DNA of 64,000 bases from Perna viridis (Eukaryota), in the NCBI GenBank assembly GCA_037379345.1, contig CM074522.1, forward strand, positions 21,886,001 to 21,950,000, given 5' to 3'. The notes below the pieces were generated by a model, which searched no databases, had not been told where the DNA came from, and saw nothing but the letters and a program-made list of their open reading frames with translations. Of this stretch, positions 39,464-52,112 are shown one piece after another. The position numbers and the translations under genes were made by a program. Within the stretch, counting starts at the first letter, position 1. Every line of letters starts with the position of its first letter.

Positions 39464-42400
39464 TATAGCAAAAGCAATACAACAAATATTGAAAATAAAA
39501 ATTATGAACGACATGGGGACAGTTAATTGTATATAACCGACTAATTTTCTGGACTTTCGCTCCATTTCTGTTGCCAGTCGCGGTTGCTTAACCATTTTCT
39601 ACATCGTACACCGGACGGCCAATGAGTATTGTTTTCAATAATGTCAGCGCAATCTTCTGATACGTTTAATTTTGCGGAAATACGAAACGATCCATATTTG
39701 CCATAGAAGAGTTGTAAAAATGTAGTTTTTACTCCTTTTAATTCGAGAAATCGTAGAATACCAGACCTCGTGGACTTACTGTCAATACAAGATAAATAGA
39801 ACCTTGCCGAACGCTTTCTGGAGACACACCAACGAATACATCAGAGTTGGTCGGTTTTGTTTCCTCGGTATTTCCATGCACACGAACAGGAATTCTAAAA
39901 TTTACTTGTCTTTATTCGTATCAATTATATTTATATTTTGATTCGGAGTTTAACAAAGTTCGTTTAACACCACTTGATTCTGATGGTAGCATGTCATCGC
40001 TTTAACTTAAAACTCGATTCGTACCGTTACTTTCGCCGAAAGATATTCTTCTGTCTAACTGTTTATTGATCTGCGGCGAAACTGTAGTCACTTTTTCGTG
40101 TGTATTTGCCGACGTGTTTTTGACATTTAAATCCGTAGCGGCTCGCTCCGGGGACAACTTCGAAGCATAAGACGGCTTGTTCAACACTTTTAACCCGTTT
40201 AATGTTTTTGCATCATAGCGTGTAGCTTGACATGTCTATCCAGATCTGAGTTTATACGATCTGTGTCCGTTTTAAATTTGTTTAAGTCAAAATCATCCAG
40301 TGGTTTGATTTGTTGTGAGATTAATTTAAATAAAGTGTCCTTTTGTATGGACTTTCTTTCACATTCACTCAATTGTGTATTGAATCGATCTTTTAGATCG
40401 CACAATTCTGAACGTAGCTAACTGTTTAACAACTGTAGATTCTTAATTGTTTTTTTCTCTCAATTGCTCGGATTTTTCTAGTTCAGACACTCTTTCCAAA
40501 AGATCATGTAAACTAACACGCATCTCGATAATTTCAGTATTAAGGGACTCGCTAAAAGTTCAGGTAACAATGGATTTACTGTGACCATCGTCTTTTCTGA
40601 AAACTTCTTCAATTTCAGTTTTATCGCCTTGTAGAAACATATATAATATAAGACAATCTCTAGCATACTTTGTTAATGAAGAGCTTTTTGTAGTCGTTTT
40701 TCTTGTAAATATTTTCCCCGTGGGACACCCTTGTAATGATTTTGCTCGACTAGCAAGGGAACTTCGATACCATATAAGGCAATCTTCCGAATTATTTGTT
40801 GGTTCAATAAGTTTTATTATGTATGCATCTTTTGGGAGATCTGCAGTTTTGTAATTAATACTTGTTGAGGAACATAATCGCTTTGAAAAGTTTGGTTTAA
40901 AGTAGAGTTGAGTTCGCCGTGGCCATTGTTTACCTTTTGTTGACTTGGGGTACTAATTTCGGCGAAAACTCTGATAAGGTCAGTGTTTAGGGGTTAATAC
41001 TCTCCTAAGGTTCCATTTAACTGAAAACTATCGGTAACGCTCTGATCCATGGGAAGAACAGGCGATGAATCCATAAATACATCCATTTCAACACCCGGGC
41101 AAATAAAATGTCCACCACTATCGGTAGTCATCTTTCTTCATATATTACCGTTTTTTTCGCGAATGCCAACATCCTTTGGTCTAGAGTAGACTTGTGAACT
41201 TTTGATTAGTGCTTGAGCTGTTGTGCTTTGTATGTTTTATTTATGCATTTATTGTATGATTCTTTTAAACAAATCATGTGTACTTTAACTTTATTTACTG
41301 CTTTTTCATTTATTTACAATGTTATCAGTGCTTGAATATTATGTACTTATGAAGTGTATATTATCAATGACTTATTGTCATCATGAATATTGAATATTTA
41401 ATAAAATTGTGAAAAAAAATCTTATTTTTTTATTTGTTAAAAAAGAAAAACTTTAAATGACACCTAAACACGTCCAAGTCTAAAATTCATAAGAATTTTC
41501 ACATGAAACCTTTACAGATCCCAAATAAAATTTCATACATACAGCAAAAATGTGACAGGTAACTCCAACACATTTAGAATTCCAATTAAAGTTTTGTTTT
41601 TACAGTATACACAAACTTAATCCCTTGTTTATACAATCGTTCTGGCTATTCCTACATGGATTTTTATAAATTTTACCTATTAATTTTAGAATGTTGGAAT
41701 AGCCAGAATAAACCGTCGGTGGTTATCACAACAAAAGTGCATACTTATCAATTAACAGATAGGTAAATTACAGGTGACTTATTTCAGTTCATATTTCAGA
41801 TATTTAATCCAGTTGTTAAAATCTTTTTTTTTTCTTTTTTTTTTTTACTTAATCATTTCTTCACAGATATCACATGTACATGTATAGCACAACAGACTTC
41901 TGAATTATTTTACAGTATTTTACATACCTTATAATAAAAAAATATATTCTCCGATGAACCGGTAATTGGCTATTGCAAACCATGAATCTTAAAATAACAT
42001 GTACACATTTTCAAGTCAACTGAACCGTAAAAAAGGGAAATTGTATCTGTCATTTTATAAAGTATACTATTCATCGAATAGCAGTAATAGCGGGGAAACG
42101 CCCTCGAACTCACCTTGGGCCTGGGAGTAGGCCAAAGCGTCAACAGAGCAGCCCAGCCGCTAGTAGGACATACTCTGAGTTCTTTGGTCAGAAATCCCGA
42201 AGACTGGGCTCCGTTACCTCTAACTACAGACATCTCCTGAACAATTCCCGCAATGGACGGTCGTGTACGATCCGCAAGGATAGTCAAGACCGTAAAAATC
42301 ACCAATTGAATGTCTACAAAACTTGTTGATACGTTGAAAACATTTGCAACAATTCCTGGAATGCCAACAAAAAGTTACACGTAATATGTAGACGGACCAT

Positions 42401-43060
42401 GCTAAGTATGATGGCGTAAGTATAATCTTTTGCGATTTTTATTTATTGTCCCTGAATATTTGATAATATCAAACTGGAATTATGAACACGTAATAATAAT
42501 ATTATTAGTTGTAACGGGTAGAATATTTGGTCTGTACCGGGAAAAGTGAATAATAAAAATGAAATGAGGTAATGCACAGGGGCGGATCCAGGATTTGAGG
42601 TTAGGGAGGGGGGGGGCGTTAATTGAATTAAAAAGCAAGGCAAAAAAATATTATGGGGTGAAACTTGCGGTAAAAAAATTTCTCACCGATTTACAGGGGG
42701 CGTACGCCCGGCACGTCAGTCCTTGGATTCGCGCCTGATGCAGTCATTACAATAAATACTACCCATAGGATTTTACTTTCATGTATGTGTATAAATGATA
42801 CCATGGATTTTCAAAAGCTGTTTATACCAGGTGGATGATTTGACTGCTCATTAGCAGCTGCTTATGAATTTTCATCGTTCAATACTAAATTATAATGGCG
42901 TAAGGTTTTCCATATTGTCCGAAGCTAGCCATATAGGACTGAGGAAAACCTTACGCAATTATACCTTTATTGACTAACTAGTCCAATGGATTTTAACCAA
43001 GCCAATATGACGTTTTGGGCGGGTAAAAGTCGTATTGGACAGCTATATCCCGTATTGGCG

Positions 43061-43132
43061 TAAGCTGGTTCTCGGCTGACTACTGCGTTACACTACATAA
43101 ATTTTCGTAGAATACAAGCGAGAACCAGTTTA
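43061..43132. mobile_element. 72-bp mini-MITE with 14-bp TIR and 9-bp TSD
   Basis: taagctggttctcg...cgagaaccagttta flanked by gtattggcg on both sides. Confidence 0.8.
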
Positions 43133-43700
43133 GTATTGGCGCACTTTTGTATTTTGTATTGCATCGGCAGTTTCGAACATATTAAGGTTCATATTCGAAT
43201 TGCCAAGCCTTGCCATTTTAAACAGGCATAAATTAATGTACGACTAAGGAGAATGATGTACAACATGATAAAAAAAGGCTGCAGAGGAATTTAAATGTCA
43301 ATTAAAACAATATAAAAAAAAATAAAACAAAAAAAAAAACAAAATATAAAATATAAAATAAGATTTAACTGATTTTAAAAATTTCTAATTAAGAAAAGGG
43401 GATCAATTAAGCGATTTTTTTAGTCTAGAAAGCCGCAATGAAAATACGAAGTACAGAACAAATTGTACACGGTACAGTACAATAGATGGAACTAAACAGT
43501 ACACAAAAGCGAACTGCAGCCCAGCCTCACTAGAAAATCTGGACTGGCCATTTATGCTGCATTGTTTTACCCCAAGCGACATGGAGAGGGTTAGAAAACG
43601 ACATATATTACCAGCCCGTGGTAAAACAATGATAAAATGTATATTTTTCCGTGATTTATTTCGATTCTAATATGACTAATTTTTTCATACTATTTAATAG

Positions 43701-45870
43701 ATGAAAAGTGTGACGGCTAAGTTTAATTTCAAACCAATTGCCCAAAATTCTGTAAGGCCTTGAAACCGAAAATTGAACAGGAATTACGAAATCTCGAAGA
43801 AAAAGGAATTATCAAATCAGTGAAAAATAGTGAGTGGGCAACACCGATTGTCCAGGTAATAAAGAAAGATGGAAAAAATGTTCGTATTTGTGGTGACTTT
43901 AAGGTCACAGTGAACCCCCAACTTGCAGTGGATCAATATCCGTTATCTAAAATTGAAGATATCTTTGAATCATTAGCAGGGGGGACAAAGTTTTCGAAAA
44001 TCGATTTACGAAATGCATACCTACAGTTGGAGGTCGATGTAGATCATCAAAATTATCTCACAATAAGCACAACCTAGGGATTATTCCGCTATACACGCAT
44101 GTGTTCTGGTGTAGCGTCTGAGTTCGCAATTTGGCAGCGCCCAATTGATCAAATTCTATGTGGATTAAGTGGTGTTCAATGCATCCTTGATGACATGATA
44201 GTCACAGGTGAAACTGAGGAGCAACATCTTGCTAACCTTGAGAATGTGTTGAAACGATTAAGTGAATATAATCTAAGAGCCAATCTTGATAGGTGTCAAT
44301 TTTTCAAAGAGAGTGTGGAATATTGTGGTCGCGTTATAGATTCAAGGGGATTGCATAAAATGTCAGATAAAGTTGAATCAGTGCTAAACACTCCAACACC
44401 TGAGAATACTACTAAGCTAAGAACTTTCCTTGGATTGATAAATTATTATCACCGATTCTTACCTAACATTTCAACAGTGGTTAAACCGTTAACTCGACTG
44501 CTCGAAAAAGATAGAAAATGGAGCTGGGATAAGCAATGCGAGTCTGCATTTCTCGAAGCGAAAAAGCTAATGACATCCGACTTAGTACTATGTCATCATG
44601 ATCCTGAGAAATCTGTCTTGCTTGCGATGCTTCGCCATTCGGTGTTGGAGCCGTCATATCACATATCATGGGACATGGAACTGAGCGTCCGATAGCATAT
44701 GCATCTCGTACGCTGACAAAATCTGAGCAAAACCGTTCTCAAATCGACAAGGAAGCGACTGCAATCATTTTTGGAGTCAAGAAATTCCACACATACTTAC
44801 TTGGTGGACATTTTACATTGATAACTGATCATATGCCTCTTGTGTCCATTTTCAACCCTAAAAAGGGCAGTTCGACAACTACAGCTGCCCGACTTCAGCG
44901 TTTTGCACTATTTCTTATTGGCAATGATCATGATATTGAATACAAAAACACTAAACTTCACCAGAATGCTGATGGGTTGTCGCGACTGCCGTATGAAAAT
45001 TCAGAGGACATTAAAGATGCCATGGATTTGTTCTACACTGAACAAATAGAACAAGATCCGATTAATAGTGCAGCCATGCGAAGAGAAACCAATCGAGAAA
45101 CTGTATTAAGTAGAGTGTATGAGTTCATTATGACAGGATGGACAAAACCAGACGAAAAATGCTTTGAAGCATATTATACACGTCGTGACGAGCTTACTGT
45201 GCACCAAGTATGTTTACTATGGGGAATACGTGTCGTTATTCCGGTTAAACTTAGAAAGGAAGTGTTGGAAATGCTACATTCAGGACACCCTGGTGTTGTA
45301 AAAATGAAGGCTATTGCAAGAAGCTATGTATGGTGGCCATGGATTGATGCCGATATTGAACATTTGGCGAAACAATGTAAAGGATGCCAGATGTTCGCGA
45401 AGAATCCACAAGCTGCGCCATTGCACCCGTTTGGATTTGCTTAAACCTGACATTAAAGGTTATGTAAATGATAATCAATTTAAAAAAATCATTTGCAGGA
45501 AATCAGAAACTGAGAAACTTTGACGGCGGTGAAAAAGTAATCGTTAGAAATTACAGAGGAGAAGAGAAATGGAAAACGGCAGAAATTGTTCGAACTACCG
45601 AAGTTCAACCAGAAATGACTGCGTCTACCGGTCAGCCCGAGTATCGACAGGTAGGAGCAAGAAATGACATTTCCGAGAGAAGATATCCCGAAAGGCAGAG
45701 AAATAAACCAAAACGTTTAATTGAGGAAATGTGACTTGTTTAAAAGTGCAAATTTAATTTCTGTTCCTTTAGTTTAGTGAAGACTCTATAAATATATTTC
45801 GTAGATTAGATATAATCATTGTGACAGTAATCGTTTAGACATGTGTTCCATTTTAGAGGGGAAAGGTGTT
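43701..45870 (+). mobile_element. Ty3/Gypsy LTR-retrotransposon pol remnant (K02A2.6/Mag-like): RT, RNase H and integrase Zn finger; integrase core deleted
   Basis: Motifs SEWATPIV, VRICGDFKVTVN, FSKIDLRNAYLQ, CILDDMIV, FLGLINYY, ERPIAYASRTL, LITDH.PL, NADGLSRLP, LHSGHPG...CKGC. In-frame stop at 44075 and frameshifts. Polypurine tract agaggggaaagg at 45855-45866 followed by TG. Confidence 0.93.
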
Positions 45871-46582
45871 AAGTACTTTAGAAAACATTAATCAATAACC
45901 AGTTGTTATCGCATTATAAACCGCAGCATCCTTATCATTTAACACTTCCAAATTATAATGACAGTTTCAATAATGTGTCTCAGTTGTTTATCAATGAATT
46001 ATGGTAAGGGTTAAGTTAGGGTTAGATTCTTTCCTGTCTGTTTTGCTATAGTCTGCAAGTGTACTGATTAGACTTTAGTTTTTATATAAACCATGTAACC
46101 AACAAGTTGTGTTGTTATAAAACTTAAATACATCACAATAGACGCAGCCCATGTGTTGCACGAAATGTTGGTCGTGTGTTTATCAAGCACTTTTTGAATA
46201 GCATAGCTGTGATCTAAAGAGCTTTGAAGGACGTCATATAAGAATATTTTTATGTCATATTGCAATCGGGCGTTGTCATAATGACGACTCTAGAAGTTTC
46301 TGTGTAAGAATCGGGCAATGAGTGGCACATCGTTTTTCTCAATTTGGTCTTTTTTGCCTCAAGCAAATTCAAATACATCTAGAAAACAACTGAAAAGCTA
46401 TTCAAATTTATCCTGAAGCATTGGTGACGTAGATATTTTTTTAATGCTTATATCAGGGAAAAGTTCGGGAAATTTTCCCATCATTTTTTCATAGTGCATT
46501 TCAACTAAATTTGACCTATCAATAACTTAAAAAGGCAAACTTTACAAACACTTGGACAGTAATTTCTTGAGATACTTGGATA

Positions 46583-47276
46583 TACTCCTACAAAGTAAGA
46601 GGTTGGAATTCCGTTCCTCCATACCCCCACCTCTTTCTTCCGAGCGCCATGTTGCATAACGCTCGTTCCGCTGTTCTTTGAAATCGGCAGAATTAAAGTA
46701 AACTATTTACCATTTAAAACGTTTTATACAGTTTCTTTATCATAATACGGTAGAAGGTGACTAAACTGAAGAAAAACAAATGAACTACCTGATGAGAAAA
46801 TCCAACAATCCTGGAAATCCTTCGTAAATGCAGTTAAAATGAACTTCATATTTGGTTTTTAGCTTTTTGAGTGCGTAATTCGGTTGATAAAATTACGAAT
46901 TTGAAAATTTGCAAAACGAACATATCAAATTAACCAACGAATTGCCTTTACCAACTTTAAGTTCGTTTTGTCAAAAATATATTGTATTTCGTAAAATTAG
47001 TGACCTAATTCAAAATTGCTGGTCATTTTTGGCAACTGTCTTCATTACAAATGTTTTCTAGGGATTTAGCAAATATTAAGGATTTGTATCGCTCGATTTC
47101 CGGTAGGTTAAACTTCTTTTATGTAAATAAAAGACTTAAAATGTTTTAAAACAAATGTTAAGCTAATTCACATTTGCGGTGGCTCTCAATGTGTCAGACA
47201 ATCTCTAGCATTGCTGGAGTATGGCACCAAGTCAGAAAATATAACTTGCAAGACAACCTCTAGCATTGCTGGAGTA
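46583..47276. mobile_element. ~690-bp non-autonomous DNA transposon with 9-bp TSD, nested in a family C MITE
   Basis: TACTCC...GGAGTA ends; TSD acttggata (46574-46582 and 47277-47285); duplicated right end at ~47200-47221. Confidence 0.8.
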
Positions 47277-47942
47277 ACTTGGATAATGCAATAAAATCTC
47301 TTTGTATTTTTTCTTTATGTGCCACAGTATATACACATTTTGCCTGATTTTAGACGGAGAAGTACTTAAATTGCGACTTTAATTTGCCTGTCCTTGCACG
47401 CAGGTCGCTATTTCTCATCTACAAAAATTGATGTAATGGACGTAATTTCGAGAAAATCGTATGACAGACAAAAAATTCCCACTTCTGAACAAGGATTTAA
47501 ATATACGCTGTATATAAATTGCTTCGAATTTTGCTATTTCCGTGCATATATTTTTCTTTTGTACGTTCTTTTTTTTTCATTACAACCTAATTTGTTTTTT
47601 GGTTAACAACACACAATTGCACATCATGGAGTTTCAATTTTAAATCATCATAACTTTTATGTCATTTTTTAAAAGATAACATATCCACCAAAAAAAAGTG
47701 GGGTTGGTAACTCATTTACAGTGCACTTGACCAGGAGTTAAATTTACATGTAGATAAATCCTTGACTTGACCAAAATCTGTATGAAATTAAAATTTGTTT
47801 TTACCCAAAAATATAGATTTATATTTGTTAATCAAAAAACGAATTTATTTTTTAATTAAAATATGTAATGTAATGGAAGCAAATGTGGGTAAATATGAAA
47901 TAATTACTCTGTTATCATGTTTGGTCTTTGTCCTGGGATTTC

Positions 47943-48589
47943 AATAGCAAGCCAAAGTGGACAAGAATCTCGTTGAATTTTTAATATTAAAAAATGAATT
48001 TTTGATGTTAAAAACGATTTCTTAATACAAGAAAATAATTTTCTAATATTAAAAATTTATTTTCTTATATTGAAAATTTAATTTCTAATATTAAAAAATC
48101 AATTTTTAATATTAAAAATTCAATTTCTTATATTAAAAATTATTCGTTTTTTAATATTAAAAATGTTTACAAGTGTCAGACTAATAACGAAATTTTAATA
48201 TTTAATATTAAAACTCATTTTTTAATATTATAAATTGAATTTCTTATATTAGAAAATGAATTAAAAATTGAATTTTTAATTTTGAAAAAAAAATCGTTTT
48301 TTTTTAAATTAAAAACAATAGTATAATTTTTTATATTAAAAAATAGTTCTCTATTGATTTTTTAATATTTGAAATGATTTTTAATATTAAAAATTCATTT
48401 ATCAAGTTCTGATATTAAACAATCGTTCATTTATTTTTTTTAATATCAAAATTTGAATTTCTTATATTAAAAAATGAATTTTTGACATTAAAAATATTTT
48501 TTTTTACATTGGAAATATATTTTTTTAATATGAGAAAATCATTATTTAATATAAAAAATAGGGTTTTTTGTCCACTTTGGATTGCCATA
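47943..48589. mobile_element. TIR element with an extremely AT-rich internal repeat array
   Basis: gcaagccaaagtggacaa and ttgtccactttggattgc enclose degenerate aatattaaaaa units. Confidence 0.75.
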
Positions 48590-48790
48590 GATTTCCGCTA
48601 GAATCATGGTTCCCACGATTACTCTTATAAGCATCATTATTCTTTGATTTGTCTTGTTTATTGCGTTGTGTTTATGCCAACCAATTTGGCACTTAATGAG
48701 ATAAAAAGTTAAAGGCGAACTACTCTCGTTTTTCAATCTCACGAAATTTACGACTTAGCCTAAAGGGGAGTAACTAGAGAAATAACGTGG

Positions 48791-48847
48791 TGCGCAAGCG
48801 CAGTCAATCCTCTTGAAAATTCACCGGAACACAGGCAACACGTGAGT
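48791..48847 (+). promoter_or_regulatory. Candidate TATA-less promoter and non-coding first exon of eIF5A-1
   Basis: NRF1-like TGCGCAAGCGCA (48791-48802), pyrimidine tract tcctctt, ETS core CCGGAA, splice donor c|gtgagt at 48842, local CpG retention. Confidence 0.55.
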
Positions 48848-49475
48848 GAATGAAAGTTGACAATTTTGGAAATTTGTCAGCATTATATGTGATAAAAAAA
48901 TCAAATTGAGTGAAAGTACCTATGGTTCGATGATATTGGTCGTGTCTGTGCCAGAAAAACCAAGAATTTTGTTCACTTTCCGCGGCAATGTCCAAAGTGA
49001 AATTGCAGAAAATATGTCCTCCATGTTTTTTGTTGGATACCAATCTGTAAACGGTTGCCGTTGTGCAATGTCTAGTATTATAGTTCTAAATATAAACAAT
49101 CATGGTACATATTTCGTTCTTATTATACATTAGGTAATTTGCGACTTCCTGGAGCAAAGTTGATATGGTCAATAGCTGAAAAACACTTATATTCCGTCAT
49201 CCTGGTCATGTTTTCACGAAATTTGGAGGTTAAAAACGTATTGTAGAAATTGACCTTAATACACCATTAGTTTTGACTCAATATCAAGTGAAGTTATGAA
49301 AAGTAGATTCCTTAAATAGTATATTACTACTGCAAGATACGTCTGTCTTTGTTACAACAAAATTGCTTCTTACTCATGATGGACTGAAAAGCACTTGTGC
49401 AGGATACTTTGAAAGAGTAGATCAAATGTCCATTGAGCATTGTGAGCAGTTTGTGCCTTTAGTCACTACTTATGC

Positions 49476-50117
49476 ACTATACTCGGCGTCACATAAATAA
49501 CATACTGTTAAAATTTGAATAAAAATATTTTCTACGACTTTATTGACACCAACCATCGTTTAAATTGTCTTAAATGACTTGCTCATTCGTTTAGCCAAAC
49601 AGCTTCTCAAAAACAAGTCGCTTATTAGCTTAAATCATGCGTAACAAATCCTTACGGGAAAATCCCATACTAATATCCGCCATGTTGGTTTTTACGGGAC
49701 GATTTGTTTACAAACGGAAGTGCGTAAGTTCCCGTCGAACTCCGGTGACAATCGTCTGCTTGATCAACTTCTCGGTATTATACGTTGTTCGCGTAAAATA
49801 AATCCGAGATATCCGAAATAACGCCGAATTGCATTCTGGGTTCTTCGGTTTTTGGACAAACCATTTAAACGTAAACAACATCTCCTAGCAACCCGATCAC
49901 TGTAAACATGGCCGACTTTTTACAATGTAAATATTGCCACCTAGAATTAAAATCTGACCGGAATTTAACGATTCAATGTTTAGGGAGAAGCCGTTTGGCT
50001 AAACGAATGAGCAAGTCATTTAAGACAATTTAAACGACGGTAGGTGTCAATAAAGTCGTAGAAAATATTTTTATTCAAATTTTAACAGTATGTTATTTAT
50101 GTGACGCCGACTATAGT
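49476..50117. mobile_element. Young MITE with 133-bp near-perfect TIRs
   Basis: Arms 49476-49608 and 49985-50117 differ at 4 positions (manual comparison). TA-type target; CpG-rich interior. Confidence 0.9.
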
Positions 50118-50196
50118 TCTCATTGAATTACCTCAATAATTAGAACTGCCTCATGCAATGAAGATTTAGTACCATTTGGTCAAAAAATGACTAACA

Positions 50197-51462
50197 CAGT
50201 GTTCATTCCAGACCGCACCCTTGTGCCATTGGCACAGATATTTTATGCATGGCGCACAAAAAGTGTGGCATGTGGGCTGGGTTTGATACAGTTCTATAAC
50301 ATAAAACCATGCATTTTATGTTTATCTTTCATGTTTTCTTCGGATATTTTCATTTTTTGTTTATAGTCAAAATGCAAGGTTTTATCATTGGACGCTATTT
50401 TGTGGGAGTAATGTTCTGGCGAATTGACCTGCGGAATGTTTTTGTCTAGATGTAACATAATATCATATAAAAATATTTAAGAATGATTGAAGTTCAAAGT
50501 TAAAAGACGTGGCTGTTAAATCAATTTCTTACTAGAAGCAGAAATCCCATTAAAAACATCCAAATTTGGTTTTAAATCCGGGCATGTAAGATTCTATGAA
50601 CACCAGAATTGATAAGTCCTGAGAAGCATATTTCCGAATAACAATCGGCAAATATTTAGGATTTTAATGGCGCAACAAAATTTATTCACACATCATTTTC
50701 AGCTGTGAAATATATTTAAAAATGATTTAATCATGTGGTGATTTTTTTTTTTTTTTTGTGATAAATGCTTTTGGAATGAAAAAAAAACTTTTAACCTTTA
50801 AATGATAAAAATTCGTTTCACCATATGGATCCGAAAATGCAGCCAACTGTAACATAAAGGATGTCGGCTTCTGGGCCGGATTACTTCATGTTTCAATTCG
50901 GGAATATTATCTTCCAAACAAGGTTTGTTGGGGGTAAATTTGACTTCATTTTCTTGTAATTATATAGTTTTTTTGAAAAAAATATTCTTAGAATGTCTGA
51001 ATTTAAAGTTGATTTTTACATCTTGAAATTAAGGTCCAATGATAAAACCTCGCATTTTGACTAAAAACAAAAAATGAAAATATCCAGTGAAAACATGAAA
51101 GATAAACATAAAATGCGTGGTTTCATGTTGTAGAACTAGGTTTGATACAATCCAGACAAGAATATAAAGATTCTAACAAACTGCAACATCAAATTGAATT
51201 ACAATTTGAATCAACGCAATGCCATACTATTTCTTCTTATTCATTTGGAGTTTATGTACCTCTGTTACATCTCACCTAAAATGAAACTATAAAGTGTATA
51301 CAAATCTGAGATTAACTTATTTATTGGTTGAATCTTTCCTGTTATCTAAAAATGGTCCCTTATAATACTGCTATAATGGCCCTTTTTATACTGGAAATGA
51401 CCCCCTGTTATGCTGTCAAGGGGGCCAGTGACCCCTTTTGCAATTTTGTGGAATGAACACTG
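50197..51462. mobile_element. hAT-like MITE containing a nested long-TIR element (50289-51138)
   Basis: Outer 14-bp perfect TIR CAGTGTTCATTCCA. The inner element has ~100-bp TIRs and a ggtttgata(ca) direct repeat on both flanks. Confidence 0.8.
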
Positions 51463-51951
51463 AACAAACATGTACAGGTAATATCCGGACTCTTATAGCA
51501 AGGTGAAGCTTCAAATGTGCCTTTGGTTAACATATGTAGAACCCTGAAATCTAATTTGTAGCAGTTATCTTTTTGTTGGTAAAAATTCTATTAAATGATC
51601 TTTTGAGCAGATATCCAAAATATTTTTAAAATTGATTTTTATATTTGAAGATATTTACGCTTGAAAAATATGATATTTTCCAGCTCGGCCTTTAGATTTG
51701 GTAGTTCCTCAAAAGCCTTCCAGTCAATATAAATTTTTAATTCATCAATTGACCAATCAAATCGAAGTTTGACTTCACACTGAAAATGAGAATACCTGCC
51801 AACCTCCAAAAATGCTGTGCGGGTCATGACCTAACATACAGAAATCAGATGTTGGTTTATAGTGTATGCTGATATTTTTTTCAGCCTTGCTGGCTTTCAC
51901 TCAACCAACCTACATGTACCTTAAAATATTAAGATTTGTTTCATATTTCAG

Positions 51952-51975
51952 GAACAGTTTCTAGTTAAAATCTTG
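51952..51975 (+). other. EIF5A: Probable 24-nt non-coding 5'UTR microexon of eIF5A-1
   Basis: atatttcag|gaacagtttctagttaaaatcttg|gtaagc: a strong acceptor and donor 130 nt upstream of the ATG exon. Confidence 0.6.
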
Positions 51976-52112
51976 GTAAGCTTCATTAACAAAATTGTGT
52001 CTTAAGTAGCAGGAACTGAAGTGTGAAATCACTTAACCCAAATATTTATTGCATATAACGATGTATTAAGATTTGTTTTAAAGAAATCAGATATTTTCTC
52101 TTCAGATCCACA

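Larger units (their letters stand above)
36385..41192 (-). mobile_element. Near full-length but decayed non-LTR retrotransposon (CR1/L2-group LINE)
   Basis: ORF2 fragments: APE endonuclease (MSLNILTWNVRG at 39463, GVYLP, IVAGDFNA, LDYI) and RT (YRPVCLLS, QHGFQKG, FLDSRKALDTV, VRQGGVLS, LADD). ORF1 remnants end HWPSGVRCRKW...* at 39541. (GAAT)n 3' tail at ~36385-36401. The 5' limit is approximate. Confidence 0.9.

Noticed and set aside
43760-45734. Domesticated Gypsy-derived host gene
   Set aside because: An in-frame stop, frameshifts and the deleted integrase core indicate decay.
46006-46027. Telomere-like (TTAGGG) stretch
   Set aside because: Only about 3 degenerate units, too short to call an interstitial telomere.
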